Origin: an uncultured Chloroflexia bacterium
Lineage (GTDB): Bacteria; Chloroflexota; Limnocylindria; Limnocylindrales; CSP1-4
Direction of reading: 5' to 3'
NCBI GenBank assembly: GCA_963814125.1
Contig: CAWFBR010000010.1
Location: 579,083 to 643,082 of the forward strand
DNA: 64,000 nt
Shown: in pieces, positions 63,045 through 64,000 of the stretch
How the letters are laid out: every line of letters starts with the position of its first letter
Numbering within the stretch: position 1 is the first letter of the stretch
Made by a program: the position numbers and the translations under genes
Notes under the pieces: generated by a model
Seen by the model: only the letters and a program-made list of their open reading frames with translations
Told to the model about the DNA's origin: nothing
The model's database searches: none

Positions 63045-63515
63045 CTAGGGTCGAACCACCACCGCCCTGCGCCCACCCGTCTGGACACGATCGATCGCGT
63101 CGTTGCAGAGGGCGTCCGCCTGCTTGTTCTGCGCCCGGGGAACGTGAGTTGCCGACCAGCGCGCCACCCTGCCAAGCCGGGCGCGAGCCTCGGCGTGGAG
63201 CGGGATCAGCTTGGCGTCCTTCACCCGCCAGCGGCCGTTGAGCTGCTCGACGATGAGTTTCGAGTCGAGAAGCATGTCCACCTCGCCTGCGCCAAGCTCC
63301 TCGGCGAGCGCCAGGGCGCGCAGGACGGCCGTGTACTCGGCCACGTTGTTCGTCTGCACGCCCAGGTACTCCGAGATCGACGCCAGCGGCACCGCATCGG
63401 AGCGGCGCGATCCGGGCGAGGCTGCGTCTATCAGGACGGCCCCGAGGGACGCCGGGCCGGGGTTACCGCGGGCGGCGCCGTCGGTACGGACGATCAGCCG
63501 CAAGCCCGCGGACAC
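63045..63515 (-). CDS. Ribonuclease H (RNase HI-like)
   Basis: The C-terminal 150 aa form an RNase H fold (IVRTDGAARGNPGPASLGAVL, TNNVAEYTAVLRAL, HVPRAQNKQADAL; the DEDD catalytic residues are present). The track ORF extends to 63761 through a Gly/Asp/Glu-rich low-complexity region that overlaps the sdhB 3' end, so the true start is probably internal. Confidence 0.6.
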   Translation of the reverse strand: MSAGLRLIVRTDGAARGNPGPASLGAVLIDAASPGSRRSDAVPLASISEYLGVQTNNVAEYTAVLRALALAEELGAGEVDMLLDSKLIVEQLNGRWRVKDAKLIPLHAEARARLGRVARWSATHVPRAQNKQADALCNDAIDRVQTGGRRAVVVRP

Positions 63516-63652
63516 TCCTTCGGCGGCGTGCCCTCCCGAAGCGGCATCGGACGCAGCCTTCAGCCCCTCCCCTGCCCCGGCTCCGACCGAGTGCCACAGA
63601 GAATCCCAGCCGGCCTCGCCACCAGCCTCGCCGTCGCCATCGCCGGCGCCGC

Positions 63653-64000
63653 TCAGCCTCGTCCCTCCACGATCGCCGACGAGACTTCCAGGATCGCCCT
63701 CGTGATGTTGATGCCGCGAGGACAGGCATCGACGCAGTTGAAGATCGTCCGGCACCGCCACACGCCGTCTTCGTCGGCCAGGATCTCCAGCCGCTCGGCA
63801 GACCCTTCGTCACGGGAGTCGAAGATGAACCTGTGGGCCTGGACGATCGCGGCCGGACCGACGTACTCGGGTCGAGCCCAGAAAGAAGGGCACGAACTCG
63901 TGCAGGCTGCGCACAAGATGCACTTGGTGGTGTCGTCGAAACGAGCGCGATCTTCCGGGCTCTGACGCCGCTCGCGCTCCGGCTCCGGCGAATCGTTGAT
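63653..64000 (-). CDS. sdhB: Succinate dehydrogenase/fumarate reductase iron-sulfur subunit, C-terminal fragment (gene continues beyond the window)
   Basis: CAACTSSCPSFWARPEYVGPAA... and RCRTIFNCVDACPRGINITRAI are the [4Fe-4S] and [3Fe-4S] cluster motifs of SdhB. Confidence 0.6.
   Translation of the reverse strand: MNDSPEPERERRQSPEDRARFDDTTKCILCAACTSSCPSFWARPEYVGPAAIVQAHRFIFDSRDEGSAERLEILADEDGVWRCRTIFNCVDACPRGINITRAILEVSSAIVEGRG

Noticed and set aside
63515-63761. N-terminal 80 aa of the RNase H ORF (Gly/Asp/Glu-rich)
   Set aside because: It overlaps the sdhB 3' end in another frame and is low-complexity, so it is more likely an upstream over-extension than a real domain.

Overview
This 64-kb window comes from a high-GC (about 68-70%) chromosome that looks actinobacterial (Thermoleophilia- or Acidimicrobiia-like) in gene content, although the phylum cannot be named from sequence alone. 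Almost everything is coded on the minus strand. All calls below are from reading the sequence; no searches were run.

Contents, from low to high coordinate:
- A BMP-family lipoprotein substrate-binding protein, truncated by the window edge, then rsmI, nadE and a separate nitrilase-type glutaminase ORF.
- Two complete Opp/Dpp-type ABC importer operons placed head-to-tail (3.6-11.6 kb and 11.75-20.2 kb). Each has two ATPases, two permeases and two tandem paralogous family-5 lipoprotein binding proteins. The second operon has lower GC and carries its own promoters with the same TTGACA-N17-CATAGT hexamers.
- The glycine cleavage operon gcvT-gcvH-gcvPA-gcvPB, with no recognisable glycine riboswitch.
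- A NUDIX hydrolase, a DUF2520 Rossmann-fold protein and aconitase (acnA). The aconitase carries an in-frame (GEAPA)5 tandem repeat.
- Two PMT-like membrane glycosyltransferases (GT39-like and GT87/DUF2029-like) flanking an aldo/keto reductase and a YciI-like fragment.
- An ACT-domain protein, a PaaK-like CoA ligase and an IorB-IorA cluster, then tRNA-Val(CAC).
- yggU (DUF167) and yggS, followed by a cell-division/cell-wall (dcw) cluster in the order ftsZ, yjbQ, ftsA, ftsQ, ddl, murB, murG, ftsW, murD, mraY, murF, ftsI, ftsL, a 67-aa ORF, rsmH, mraZ. In this cluster ddl is broken by two frameshifts, and murC and murE are absent.
- A divergent locus with a secreted serpin, a muconolactone-isomerase-like protein, a hemerythrin-like protein and a LysM membrane protein.
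- RNase P RNA (found by its conserved CR-I and CR-V motifs, not by the ORF track), a GNAT-PPK2 gene pair, RNase H, and the 3' end of sdhB.

No transposase, integrase, CRISPR array or obvious defence system was seen. Many long alternate-frame ORFs in the track are high-GC artefacts. Coordinates derived from reading the sequence text may be off by 1-2 bp.
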